The notes beneath the pieces were generated by a model. It saw only the letters and a list, made by a program, of their open reading frames with translations. It was not told the DNA's origin and made no database searches. Shown in pieces: positions 50,658-63,975 of a stretch of DNA of 63,975 nt. The DNA comes from Octopus bimaculoides (taxonomy: Eukaryota), in the NCBI RefSeq assembly GCF_001194135.2, contig NC_068989.1, positions 76,763,189 through 76,827,163 on the forward strand. Reading direction: 5' to 3'. Within the stretch, counting starts at the first letter, position 1; every line of letters begins with the position of its first letter. The position numbers and the translations under genes are program-made.

Positions 50658-52467
50658 CAAAGAGAGTGAGAGAGAGAGAGACAGGGAGGGACGGAGTGAA
50701 AGAAAGAAATTGGTGTTCACTCACGCTAGCATCGATATGATCAAACATAATGCATCAACACCAAACATCTCACTAGAAAGAACTAGGAAAACAAATATTT
50801 CTTTTGAATGGATTAATAGGCAGGCGGAGAAAGAACGAAAATGAAATAGAAAGATATAAATAAAATAAAAGCAGAGATGAAAGTTGTATATTTAGAATGC
50901 AGACGAGAAAGAATAGGGGAAAATATGGGGGTGGAATTATACAGAATGGCAAATATGAAGTCAAATAAATGGCAGTGTTGTAGGTCTTTGTGCTATAAAT
51001 GTTACTTAGTATCCAAAAGAGACTAGTCGCTTTAATAAAAATCAATTATCATTTACATTCTACTGGAGTCAATACATTCACAATCAGTAATATACTTCAG
51101 TTATTTGAATTGACCATACCTATTTTAGTATAGCAAATAAGACTTGTAAAAGAAAAAAAAAATCAAGATAATTCATTGCAGTATAAATGAGGTGAAAATG
51201 ATATCTAACAGAATCTAGTAGAAAAAGAGAACTAAGAAATAGATTGAAAGAAAGTGTGATGTGGTTTTCCCGATGATGGACGTGATCTTCTCGGATCACA
51301 TCACAGAAGAGGAAATACCTTTCAACAGTAGCAATAATCGAGCAGTATCACTTAGGGGATACAGTTGGTGACACTGCAAAATGTTCTAGAGAATTAGTCG
51401 TATATATCACATATAAAGAAATCTAGCTATATGGATGTTCGCACTAGTGCACATCGTGTACAGAAATGCTGTCGAAAATGAAAACTGTACAGCGAATTAT
51501 GCAGTGCTGTCAGAAAAGACATTATAAATTCAATTATGTGGGAAACTTACCACTTTTAAGGGTATTCGGTAATTCACCACAGTATGATAAAGGTAATACT
51601 TATCCGCTATATATGTATACGAAAATAGGATACATAACGATGTAACGCGTTTATGGGCACTCAAGGAAATCTTTTCATGTACATACTCAAAAGTTCTTGA
51701 AGGTGTGTTATTTTGTATATTCTTACACTTAAACATGAACACACGGACACACACACACTCTCTCTCTTGTTCTCTCTCGCTCACATACACACTCATTCAC
51801 ACGCAAACCGGAGAACATTTGAACAAAATAGACTTTGGTATCATCTACAATATGGTACAAAGTAATACTCCAATAATCTCCACAATAAATAAAGATATTT
51901 GTTATAATTGAAAGCATGATCCGATTGGAACGCCCTTGCAGGAAGGAAATTATATGCATGTAAATACGTGCGCACGCGCGCGCGCGCACACACACACACA
52001 CACAAAACAAATGATACAGACGGATAATGGAATACACGGTAAACATTATTACTCACGGAGATCGATTTGACACATCCTGTATCGATCTCTCGTGGGTGGC
52101 AAACTATACAACTAGTTGTAGTGCATCCCTCGGGGCAGAAGCATCTCCTCACCTGATATAATAAGAGGTATCTCGTGAAATGAAGTTTGTTTCGCTCCGA
52201 TTTAATATAGCGTATTGTCAGTGACAGTAATTTGAAGCCGTTGGGCAGGAATGACTAGGAAAGATTCCGTTGCTAAGTAATAGATACAGATAGGGAGTAA
52301 TTAAGAAAAATAATATGACTAGTGAGAATAAAACATACAATAATTTTAAAAAAATAGGTGTGTCAGTACCCACATATAATTATGTCTATACCCACACCTC
52401 CGGTCATTTTGACACACACACACTCGCCCGTATGTGTAGTTAAGTATATATATGTTGTTGTTTTTTC

Positions 52468-52503
<36 letters not shown>

Positions 52504-52720
52504 NNNNNNNNNNNNNNNNNNNNNNNNNNNNNNNNNNNNNNNNNNNNNNNNNNNNNNNNNNNNNNNNNNNNNNNNNNNNNNNNNNNNNNNNNNNNNNNNN
52601 NNNNNNNNNNNNNNNNNNNNNNNNNNNNNNNNNNNNNNNNNNNNNNNNNNNNNNNNNNNNNNNNNNNNNNNNNNNNNNNNNNNNNNNNNNNNNNNNNNNN
52701 NNNNNNNNNNNNNNNNNNNN

Positions 52721-52760
<40 letters not shown>

Positions 52761-55036
52761 TGGTAGGTGAAAACATCCGTTGCTAACTTGTGATGTTTTC
52801 AATCATCAGTTATTCAAATACACTTCTTGAACCCTTTTGATATCGTAGAATCTCTGAAATATAGATTTTGTGCAACAGAAAATTTCACGGATGATGACAT
52901 TTTCAAATTATGACTATTCTCTGTCTATGCGACACTATTTGCTGCTGTAATATCTGGAGATTTTCATTTACTCATCACTTGTATATTAGGGGATTATCTC
53001 TGTAAGGATCATTATTCTTCTCGATGTTTCATCTTAGCGATAAACATTTCTATATATCTCCTCTGAGTATTCGCACGAATAACGATAGGGGTAAATTTTT
53101 TCCTGGTCCTTAAGGAGAATGACATTAGAAGGCCGAATTTCCTTTAAATGCAACTCATGGAGGATATAGATATTTATTTGAATATCTCCACATCGGAATA
53201 CGAACCATGAATGAGATTCTGAGAGGAATTTCGGAAATTACCACACAGCTATTTGAATGTCTTCTACTGCCTACATATTTTCGCTTCTGGTTCATTATCT
53301 GGAAAGCTATGTTATCCTTTCAATAATTGTCTTATGTGAAGATACCAGGCTCATGTTTGAATTAGGGGTACCTTAATTTCGAATGGTTGCTTAAACATCT
53401 GACTTGTAATATGGTGCATGAGTTTGACGGGTTCAGGATTCTTGTCTTTTGACATCTTTTTGACACACTAAAGCCAGGTCAAACAAACAATACGTTAATT
53501 TAAGTGTGGAACATGTTGAAGGCCTTACTCTCTAAGAATATATAAGGGGCTACCTACGTCTTATAATTCTGATGCAAGTATCATAATCACTTGGGTTATT
53601 TGGAATGCTTGTGATCACATTTGACTGCCAATAGGGGCTATACTTACCTGTGTTTAAATATGTTTTATATCTAAGTAGCTATCTTATGTTACGTTAATAC
53701 TAGTAGCTAGGTTAAATTGAATCCCTTTGAATAACTCTATGCTTTTCTTTATCTCTACATGGTGTGTTAATTCATGTTGTTTCGTGTCATCGGTATAAAA
53801 TCCCAAACTATGAGGTAGAGGAGCTTCTTAACGATGTCTAGAACGGGAGGAATATTTTTGTTTCAACTGACATACATAAACCAGAATTATTGTTGCAGTT
53901 TTACAAATTCCCAAGCAAAGTACGAAACAATATTCAAATATTTAGGCGAAAATAAAAGCTTTTTCCATGAAGAAAGGTTTATTTTCTACAATACTTGAAA
54001 ATCTAAAGAGATGCAGCTTTGAATTGTTGTCGCTAATGTCTACGGCAGCAATTCATTGCGGAGGAGGACATTGTAAATCTATTTGCTGCAGCTGTTAATA
54101 AACAATACATCCGATAATGTAATACGTTGGATGGAAAACATACGTGGGAGAATAGTGACAAGGTGGCTTTAAGGTATATAAATTTGTGCCAAATGTCTGC
54201 CAACCATCGGGAAATAAACAAACCAGCCATGTAATTAATATATTGACAATAATGACAATAATTTACATTATGATGGAACTAATTGTTGTATACTACAAGT
54301 TGTTTAAGTGAAAGACAAACACGTCGATAAAAAGAGGCAATAGCAGGTGTGTTAAATTAAAAGAAACAAAAGTGTCCATAAAAAAAGAGATCCTAGAAAG
54401 GAAAAACTGTTAGGGTGTATTCAGGATATAAAAGAACGATCAATATAAAACGGTATGTCTTGGCTCTCTCACAAGTATAGTGCCGTTGCAAACATTGGGA
54501 ATATATCTAAATAAAATAGAGATGAGAACTGAATGGTTCAGAGAAAATTACTATATATTGATGAAATTTCGATGCTTTGGATTGTGACATAGACCAAGCA
54601 GGTCCCAGTAAATCGGATCTGTCTAGACACTAGAGATAAACATCAGCATACCTATTGTTTGTAAATCATAACAAATGAAACAATCAAAGGATTTGAAAAG
54701 ACAAAGATGAAAAGCATCCCGCTAATAAATCAACATTATTGTGAATAGGATATGTAAAAATAGAAACATGTTTTAGTGAACTGTTGAAGGAGTATGCAAA
54801 ATATCGATAGATGCGATGCAATAATTGGTAAATATGAAACAATACGAGAAAAACTAGAAAATCATAAATCCAAAGATTTTTAGATAGCAAGAGAATTAAA
54901 CAAAGAAGTTTCATTTCCAATAGATATTTGCAAATGTGCGTGTGTTTGTTAGTGCATGTGTGTTTGTGTGTTTAAACATGTATATACGTAAATACATACA
55001 TACATATATATTTGTATGTATGTATGTATGCATTTA

Positions 55037-55127
<91 letters not shown>

Positions 55128-56329
55128 ATATATATGTATATGAGATCATATATAAAAGTTCCTATATTCATGTACGTACATGTGTATATATATATGTGTG
55201 TGTATGTCTATAAAAGCGTAATACTCTTTGCATAATGCATACATACATACATACATATATGTATATATATACGTATACAAACACTATTAGAGGGAGAGAG
55301 AAAGTTACATGCATGAATATGCATACTTTTACACATTTGCTTATGAATTTACTTAGTGTTAACTACACATACATTAACACGCATACATACTGCAGTTGCT
55401 GAACAAGACACATGAAAACAGACGCACATGTACACACACGCGAACACACATACTTACATACATACATATATACATAATATATACATACATATATATATAC
55501 ATATATGTATACATATATATGTGTGTGTGTGTGCATAAATGTGAGTATATATATATATATATATATATATANNNNNNNNNNNNNNNNNNNNNNNNNNNNN
55601 NNNNNNNNNNNNNNNNNNNNNNNNNNNNNNNNNNNNNNNNNNNNNNNNNNNNNNNNNNNNNNNNNNNNNNNNNNNNNNNNNNNNNNNNNNNNNNNNNNNN
55701 NNNNNNNNNNNNNNNNNNNNNNNNNNNNNNNNNNNNNNNNNNNNNNNNNNNNNNNNNNNNNNNNNNNNNNNNNNNNNNNNNNNNNNNNNNNNNNNNNNNN
55801 NNNNNNNNNNNNNNNNNNNNNNNNNNNNNNNNNNNNNNNNNNNNNNNNNNNNNNNNNNNNNNNNNNNNNNNNNNNNNNNNNNNNNNNNNNNNNNNNNNNN
55901 NNNNNNNNNNNNNNNNNNNNNNNNNNNNNNNNNNNNNNNNNNNNNNNNNNNNNNNNNNNNNNNNNNNNNNNNNNNNNNNNNNNNNNNNNNNNNNNNNNNN
56001 NNNNNNNNNNNNNNNNNNNNNNNNNNNNNNNNNNNNNNNNNNNNNNNNNNNNNNNNNNNNNNNNNNNNNNNNNNNNNNNNNNNNNNNNNNNNNNNNNNNN
56101 NNNNNNNNNNNNNNNNNNNNNNNNNNNNNNNNNNNNNNNNNNNNNNNNNNNNNNNNNNNNNNNNNNNNNNNNNNNNNNNNNNNNNNNNNNNNNNNNNNNN
56201 NNNNNNNNNNNNNNNNNNNNNNNNNNNNNNNNNNNNNNNNNNNNNNNNNNNNNNNNNNNNNNNNNNNNNNNNNNNNNNNNNNNNNNNNNNNNNNNNNNNN
56301 NNNNNNNNNNNNNNNNNNNNNNTATACAC

Positions 56330-57020
56330 GATGATCACTCACCACGAGGAGCTGCATGCACTCTAACATTTCCTTGACCTTCGATCCAACACCCAACGTG
56401 ACGCATCCACACTCCTTCGTCTGGCCGAACTTGTCCTCTCACTTAACTGCTTCTCGTTCGCGGGTGATTTTTACCGGGTGTCAGGAGTGGCCATGGGAAC
56501 GAGAATGAGCCTCAACTATGCGAACCTCTTCGTTGGCTACGTTGAGGCCCAAATATTCTCAAGTTTCACTGGTCCCACTCCTGAACTATACGGTCGTTAT
56601 ATTGACGGCTGTATCGTTGTGATTTCCCTCTCCCGTGAACATCTAGACTCTTTACTCTATTTTGTCAAGTCTTTCCATCCTGCCTCCATTTCTCCTGTAC
56701 TATTACCGACACCTCAGTCGGCTTTCTCAACATTTCGGACAACATTCATCATTCCACTCTCACCTCATCCATCCACTACAAGCATACAGACTCACACTCA
56801 TACCTCATCTTCTCCTCCTCCCACCCTAAACAAATCAAGCTCTCCATCCCCTATTCCCAATTCCTCCGTCTACGCAGGCTCTGCAGTGACAACCATGACT
56901 TTGAGACTCAGTCTTAACTCATGGCTCGCCACTTTATCCAATGTGGATATCTGCTCACCACTATCCACACCGCCCTTGCCAGAGCACGTTCCGTGGATCG
57001 TGCATCTGCTCTCTCCCATA
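56330..57020 (+). mobile_element. Penelope-like element RT fragment (GC-rich, distinct lineage)
   Basis: LLRLAELVLSLNCFSF..FYR..SGVAMGTRM..NYANLFVG...YGRYIDG...HYKHTDSHSYL.FSSSHP...SIPYSQFLRLRRLCSD. Confidence 0.92.
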
Positions 57021-58884
57021 CATATAAGAACATATGTATAGGAAAATACATATAGGAACATATGTATATGTGTGCGCGCGCATATGTATGTGTAATAGTT
57101 GTTTATATATTTTTACAGTGAAATTTCTCTAGCAAACGTTCGAATCACCTGCATGTTGAAACCGGAATGTGAATGTCACATTTTATGATATACAATTTAT
57201 ATATTGTCTATTTCATATTTTGCATACAGTTCTACATTTGACAGAGTGTATTCACTGTATAGCACCTAGCATGTTAAATACAGCATTGCCACCCGTTTAT
57301 ATAGAAACACACGCACAAAAGCACACACACACTAACACACATGCACACACTACACACACACAACGAATACACATGCACACTGGAAGCACACACACCCACA
57401 CAAACCGCACGCACATAGATACTGCCCACACACCCAGCACACACACATAAACACTGCCACTCGTATATACACACGTACACACATATATATGTGTATACAT
57501 ATACATGTATATATTCATATATAAATTAAGCTTAACCCGTGATGTATGTAAGAAATGAAAATAAAATCAATGTTTAAATAAAATATAACTGAAACCAATC
57601 ATTATACAAGCTGAAAGTTCATGAAATTTCTCACAGACAACTCCAAAATAATTTTCTTTTCCTCAGTCGTTAAACAGTACTTTTCTCCATTCGGATTGCA
57701 TCTGTTTATTCGTTTCAATACAACCATGAACAAAAAGGTACTTCAGTGTCAGACATAAATTTTATATCTCACAAAGCTGCAGTGTCGAACAATGGATTGC
57801 ACAAAAAATTATTGTATACAACGTAGAGAATAATGCGTATCTCATACGAAACAATATATAATGGTGCTATTATATACACAGAAAACAACTTCACCAAGTA
57901 TTCCAATATTCACAAGAAAGTTGATATATGTGACAGTAAAAGACAAAACAGCATAAAACATACGAAGATTACATTAATTGTGCAAGTGCATTTGTATGTC
58001 TATTTGAATATTTGCACATCAGCAATATTCGTTTCAATCATATGCATACAATCACAAACTCATAATTTTACAATCTGGAAATTATGCTGTGATGATAAAT
58101 ATTATTGGTACGTCTAATTTACATTTAACCTAGACGCCTTCTTTAAATTTCCTATTATTTTAAAGTATTTCTTGATATATTTATATATCTTTCCGAAAAT
58201 GAAATTTTTGCACACCTATACACCTTTGCAAAGAAGTATTTAACAACGTATTGGTTTTGCTCTTCTTCTTTATCATTTTTCCTTTACGTTTTAATATTTC
58301 ATGTTATTGACTTTATTTTCAATGTAACGCCTTTGTTGTCTTCCATATGAGTCCATTGTTATTACTTTCATCTTGAGGTAATTAGACAAACGTTAAGTCA
58401 AATTACGTACATACATATACATATACACACATATGTATATAATGTAATATGCACGTGCACACAAACAAACACACGTCACCCCACACACATGCATATGTAT
58501 ATATATATATATATATATNNNNNNNNNNNNNNNNNNNNNNNNNNNNNNNNNNNNNNNNNNNNNNNNNNNNNNNNNNNNNNNNNNNNNNNNNNNNNNNNNN
58601 NNNNNNNNNNNNNNNNNNNNNNNNNNNNNNNNNNNNNNNNNNNNNNNNNNNNNNNNNNNNNNNNNNNNNNNNNNNNNNNNNNNNNNNNNNNNNNNNNNNN
58701 NNNNNNNNNNNNNNNNNNNNNNNNNNNNNNNNNNNNNNNNNNNNNNNNNNNNNNNNNNNNNNNNNNNNNNNNNNNNNNNNNNNNNNNNNNNNNNNNNNNN
58801 NNNNNNNNNNNNNNNNNNNNNNNNNNNNNNNNNNNNNNNNNNNNNNNNNNNNNNNNNNNNNNNNNNNNNNNNNNNNNNNNNNNN

Positions 58885-60198
58885 GTTCCTCATTTGTTGT
58901 CTCTGGACTCGTGAGCGTCCTGATACATTCCCTGTGGATCAAATTTCTGCTTTAGCAGTTCATATCTGCATTTGCGAAAATCTGTCCATTTGTTGTGCTA
59001 ATGGATCTACCCGTATGCATGTATTGACACGTCCCACATCTGTTATCATTAAACTTGGATACTGTGAAAGATTTCTTCTGTTTGTTCATCGAATTTCTGT
59101 TCGCTGAATTTTGCCTTTATTAATAGTTTCTTTAGGCTATGTGTTTGCCGTTTACGTAAGATAAGTGTTTGATTAGCTATTATGTCTTTTTTTTTTAAAG
59201 TTTCGCTTTGTTTTATGATTGGCAAATTTGTTTCATGATGTTAAAAATGTTGTAGTAGTGCGGACTGTGTGTTACTAGAAATGGCATTGTGTTCTCTTGA
59301 TGGGTTTGTCTTTTTTGTGTTGCCCTAATTTGTTCTATCGGTATTTGTTTTGCTCGCTGTATGCTAGTTTCTATAAAGTACGAGTGGGTAATTTTGCTTT
59401 AGCAGAAATCCTTTGATTTCTATAAGTCGTGTGTCTCTGGTATTTGTATCATCGACTATAATATAAATTTTCCTGGCTACACATTACGGGATGTTGCGTT
59501 TTGTGTGTACTGGGTGGCATTATTTGAAATTTAGGTACCGGTGTATGTCTGTGCTTTTGTAAGAAATATCAGTTGTGATTGTGGTATTGTTTTTATCATT
59601 ATGTCAAGAAATGGCAAATGTGTGTTGCTCATTTCTCTTGTGAATTTGAGACTGGGGTGTAGATTATTGAGGATGGTGCTGAATTCTTCCAGATTTTCTA
59701 TGGATTTGGTTCAAATTAGGAAACAATCATCTAGGTATCTTTTTTACGTGTCATCTATTTGTCTTTTAAAGGTTATACTGTTGTTCTCTTCTATTGTTTT
59801 AATACAGGTTTTGTTCCACTTCTCCCAATACTGAGTTCGCGAAAACTGGAGCAAATCGCATACCCATAGCTATGCCTTGAATTTGGAGGTAGATTTTCCC
59901 CGTTGAAAAGGAATGTATTGTTTTCGAGGATGAAGGTTATAGTAAATCTACTGGTGATCGCTTCTCTATGTTTCTCGGCCCAATATTTTATGGCAGTAAG
60001 TCCCAAATCATGTGGAATGTTTGTATATATGTTTGATACATCAAAGCTAACTAACAATGAATGAGGTTCTGTTACTTTGGGCAGCTGTGACAGGAAATCA
60101 ATGTAATCTCGAATGAAACTGTATACGTGACTACATAGCGGTTTTAAGATAATGTCAAGGGTGTTGCTCAGACGATGTGAAGGGCAGACTAAGAGCAT
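58885..60198 (-). mobile_element. Penelope-like element: RT, thumb and linker towards the GIY-YIG endonuclease, decayed
   Basis: HRLSNTLDIILKP...SFDVSNIYTNIPH...GIAMGMRFAPVFAN...LDIMI...YLNF..CHP.HTK.NIP... followed by RCGTCQYMHTG..MNC*SRNLI, the Cys linker preceding GIY-YIG. Confidence 0.92.
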
Positions 60199-60858
60199 TC
60201 AAAGAGGTAATAAAGTTGTCAAGAATTCAACTGTCGGTTAAATACATTAGTGCACTTTGTATTACTTAATTCCAGCTTGTGTAAGCATTCCAAGTATCAC
60301 TAACTTAACTACTATTTCTTCAAATATAACAATAAAAGTTGTAAAAAGACTCGGAAAGACGTATGCTGTTTCTGTAATTGATGAAGTGTGACGAAAACGA
60401 AGCATACATCCTACAGTCTAAAAATGCCATTCGTACCTAATCTTTGCCCCCCCCCCCCCAAATATATGTCTGATTCCCTTCCGAGACAATGCTTGCAGCA
60501 TAGGTTCTTATACTGGAATGTATATGAATATAGTTACACACAACTTTATAAGGAAATTCCCAAATTTTGTAACACGATGAGTATTCCGCAGAAAAATTCT
60601 GGCTTCAGAATATAATTCCAGTCAGCATTGTTTTACAGAATTGTTCGGAATCTTATACACATTACACTTCCCATTTTCTCTTAAGATCGGATCAATAGTG
60701 TTAATTGTAAATTGGCCGATAATTCTGATTAAGAAACATTGACAAAAATCCTTTGATGTTCGACTAAATTAGTCCCATCACACTTATCTAAGATAAATTA
60801 ATATTGACTGATTTCGCTTTCAGAAAAAAATCCTGTGTACGTATGTGTGTGTGTATGT

Positions 60859-60893
<35 letters not shown>

Positions 60894-60998
60894 TATANNN
60901 NNNNNNNNNNNNNNNNNNNNNNNNNNNNNNNNNNNNNNNNNNNNNNNNNNNNNNNNNNNNNNNNNNNNNNNNNNNNNNNNNNNNNNNNNNNNNNNNNN

Positions 60999-61029
<31 letters not shown>

Positions 61030-61441
61030 CACACACACATATATAAATGCATACATACACACACTTAAACACATTATATAAAACAGAGTTTGTCTGTGTG
61101 TGTGTGTGTGTGTGTGGTGCGTACGTTGCTTATGGATACGAAAACTGAGTTGTCGATTTCAACGTATGAGACATCAAAAGATTCAATAATCTTTCGGCTA
61201 CGAAATGTTGAGTTTGCTAATTTTGATGATTGGGCTGGCAAGCTAAACAACGCAATTGCTCATTTCAGGAAAAAGCAAGCAATAGTTAATGGAGATGTTG
61301 AAATGATTAACTAGCTGCCTGACAATGTTAATGATAAAAATAATAAATGAACCATGACCCGTAAGTGTGATACATATTATTGACGACATACACTCCCAGC
61401 ACCTTTTTACATATTTGTATGTATACCTATAAACGTGTGTG

Positions 61442-61489
<48 letters not shown>

Positions 61490-61527
61490 GACACACACAC
61501 ACACACNNNNNNNNNNGTATATATATA

Positions 61528-61586
<59 letters not shown>

Positions 61587-61590
61587 ATAC

Positions 61591-61820
61591 AATGGGCGTG
61601 GTCTAGTAGTTGGGCTGCTGCGATCACGATTGCTAGATCCTGTGTTCGATTCCCTGCCTGGGCAGCGCGTTTTGTTCTTGTTCACGTTGCTCCAGTCCCC
61701 ATTTTGATCAGGGGAAAATGTTGACCTGCTCACTTAGCCAGCATCGTCATCTGAAGGCTAAAACAATGCAAAACGCATTGTAACACATCTGCTAACCTGG
61801 TCGGTCATGTTGTCATCTGA
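61591..61820 (+). mobile_element. tRNA-derived SINE, internally shortened CORE-like copy
   Basis: GCGTGGTCTAGTAGTT (A box), GTGTTCGATTCC (B box) and TTGCTCCAGTCC. The tail AAAACAATGCAAAACGCATTGTAAC is related to ~36020-36080. Confidence 0.65.
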
Positions 61821-62605
61821 TATATATATACTCCCACACACACCCGTATGAATTTTTCGGTCAAAACAAATCTCTTCAATCCATTGTTTTGTGTATAAAT
61901 ATAATGATTTTAAATCTGAATGCCAAGTCTGTCTGGATCGTAGTTCACAACTTTATTTCATGTTACCTGGGTTTTTCTCTCATGTCATTTGTTAAAATAA
62001 ACATTCGTAAAAGAACATTTTACTCAACAAAATTACCATACCATTTTTATATCGATAAGCATTTCCTTGAATTGATATAAAAAAAATCTTACCTGTATAT
62101 ATTTTAATACTCCTTATGTGACTTAGAGTACATAAAGGGTATATCATTTCTTAAAGAAAATTATATTCACTCCATAGTAATAATTTACCTTTTGCTTATA
62201 TTTTAAATCCAGCTAACGTGAAACAGCACTAACTTGCAGGTCGAAACCCTGTATGGTCGGGCTTTATTGAATGATCGAAGCATATATTCCATTGTATGGA
62301 GGCATGATAAACAGTTTCGTCAACCGTCTTTATGATGCTGCCGTTGTATGCTTCTCTTGCTGCAGAAATTCTGTATTTGTTATGGCTTTACAGTTTAATT
62401 TATCTCGCACTGAAAAATGTTCAGGATTAAATTGATATATATTTGTATTCTATATCTACTTTTTAATTTATTTGTTTTCATAAGCAACCGCAACTTAAAA
62501 TCTGAAATTGGATTTGGGAGTGGGGTAGGTTAATTTAAAGAATCTTGGATTTGCCAAAAGGTATGTAATGCTATGTAACACCTATAAATATTGACTTTAT
62601 ATATT

Positions 62606-62658
<53 letters not shown>

Positions 62659-63418
62659 GTCTCTTAAAGGATAGAGCTCAAAATCAATGCATTGAAGATA
62701 CTTTATTGCAGCAACAATTATAATAACAGAAACAACCACAAGACTGTTAACAGATACTATATATTTTGTAAAATTTGTTTTATAAAAGTATATATTTAAT
62801 ATATATATATATACATATATATATATTGCACTGGCACAATACAGATTTTTTCTGACCACGTAATAACCTTGTATTTAATACCTGCTCACGTATTACTGGA
62901 ATATTTTGTGATTGTACATTCAAAAATTTTTCTCATAAATTTCATATGATACAACTGCGCCTAGATAAGGGAAACTAACTTTATCATATGAACAATAAGA
63001 AATAACATGCATATCTTCATCAACTCAAAAGACTGTGATGTAAAAGCAGAATAATGATAGCTGTAGAACAATATGATTAAAAGATGTTGTTACATGTGTT
63101 AAAACTTTCATTATATGACTGTTTGATTAAGGCTGCCCTGGAGTTAAATGTAAAAAAAAAGTGTTTGTTTTGTTTGTTTCTTTTTTTGTCGCTGTTTCAT
63201 TTTCTTAAAAAAGAATGAAGGGACGTGTATACATAGTATTTCAAAAACAAATATACACGGCTACTACCAACGGGACTTTTTGTGTGGCATGATTTTAAAT
63301 ACTTGCAGAATAGTCTCACATGTTTCCTATTCAGATAATGTATATTAACCATATAGTAATTCTACACTCTGTTTATCTTGGAGATTTCTTCTGAAGCGAA
63401 TCTTCAGCTTTTGCATAA

Positions 63419-63633
63419 TACCTTTTCTACTATAGGTACATGGCTTGAAATTTCGTGGGAGGGTGTTAGTCGATTAGATCGACCCAGTAACTGACTGGTA
63501 CTTATTCTATCCGCATTGAAAAGATAAAAGGCTAGAGAACCTCTGGAGAATTTGAACTGAATACGTAAAAACGGACGAAACCGTGTTACGTATTTCGTCC
63601 GCAGTGATATCGCATCAGCTAGCCCGGTGCCTT
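63419..63633 (-). mobile_element. tRNA-SINE (family of 20400), diverged
   Basis: CCTTTTCTACTATAGGTACA...GTCGATTAGATCGACCCAGT...CTGGTACTTATT...GAATTTGAACTGAATACGTAAAAACGGACGAAA. Confidence 0.75.
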
Positions 63634-63975
63634 AGCAACTTTTGTATAATATAGTCAACCATAATTGTTACCCAGGTTATAAAACAAAAGGTTTCAACGA
63701 GTATCCACTTGGTTACAGAGTAATATGTTAAGTCTGCAATTGTCGATTAGTTAGGTCGCGGAACATTAATTCCCATTTGATATGAAGCACCACAAACAAA
63801 ATGGAAACAGTGACCTTTCTGCTCTTCCGATTGCAACATATCGTTCTGCTAATTTACTTTCCAAAGCAACAATACGTTATACTTGAACATTCTATTTGAA
63901 ATTGTATATTCGTATAATACCCACATAGTATATATATATATCTATATATCTATATATATATATATATATATATAT

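Noticed and set aside
51254-51306. Hairpin with a 9-bp outer stem (TGTGATGTG/CACATCACA)
   Set aside because: Large asymmetric bulges make it unlike a pre-miRNA.
51841-52152. Cys-rich ORF MRRCFCPEGC...
   Set aside because: It runs into a GT repeat, has no signal peptide, and shows no recognisable cysteine spacing.
52950-53470. Interrupted minus-strand frames with a kinase-like LKEIRPSNVILL
   Set aside because: Multiple stops, no HRD, DFG or other kinase motifs; it cannot be assigned.

Overview
Repeat-rich, AT-rich eukaryotic genomic DNA from a gapped draft assembly, with about 20 N-runs that mostly sit inside microsatellites. The SINE families and microsatellite density point to a cephalopod, most likely Octopus (inference). 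I could not identify any host protein-coding gene. The window is intergenic or intronic. It contains decayed Penelope-like (PLE) reverse transcriptase fragments, RTE and R4/Dong-type LINE fragments, mariner remnants and MITEs, several tRNA-derived SINE families, and foldback structures. The best signal is a short non-coding element present as two inverted pairs (21385-21778 and 41225-41557). Each arm carries a minimal type I hammerhead ribozyme motif of the PLE type: stem I, CUGANGA, an extra A, stem II, GAAA, a palindromic ACGU stem III and the cleavage site. In one locus this hammerhead-bearing tail is joined to a tRNA-derived Pol III head, suggesting a ribozyme-bearing SINE-like family mobilised by Penelope-like elements. 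All calls were made by eye and need computational confirmation.
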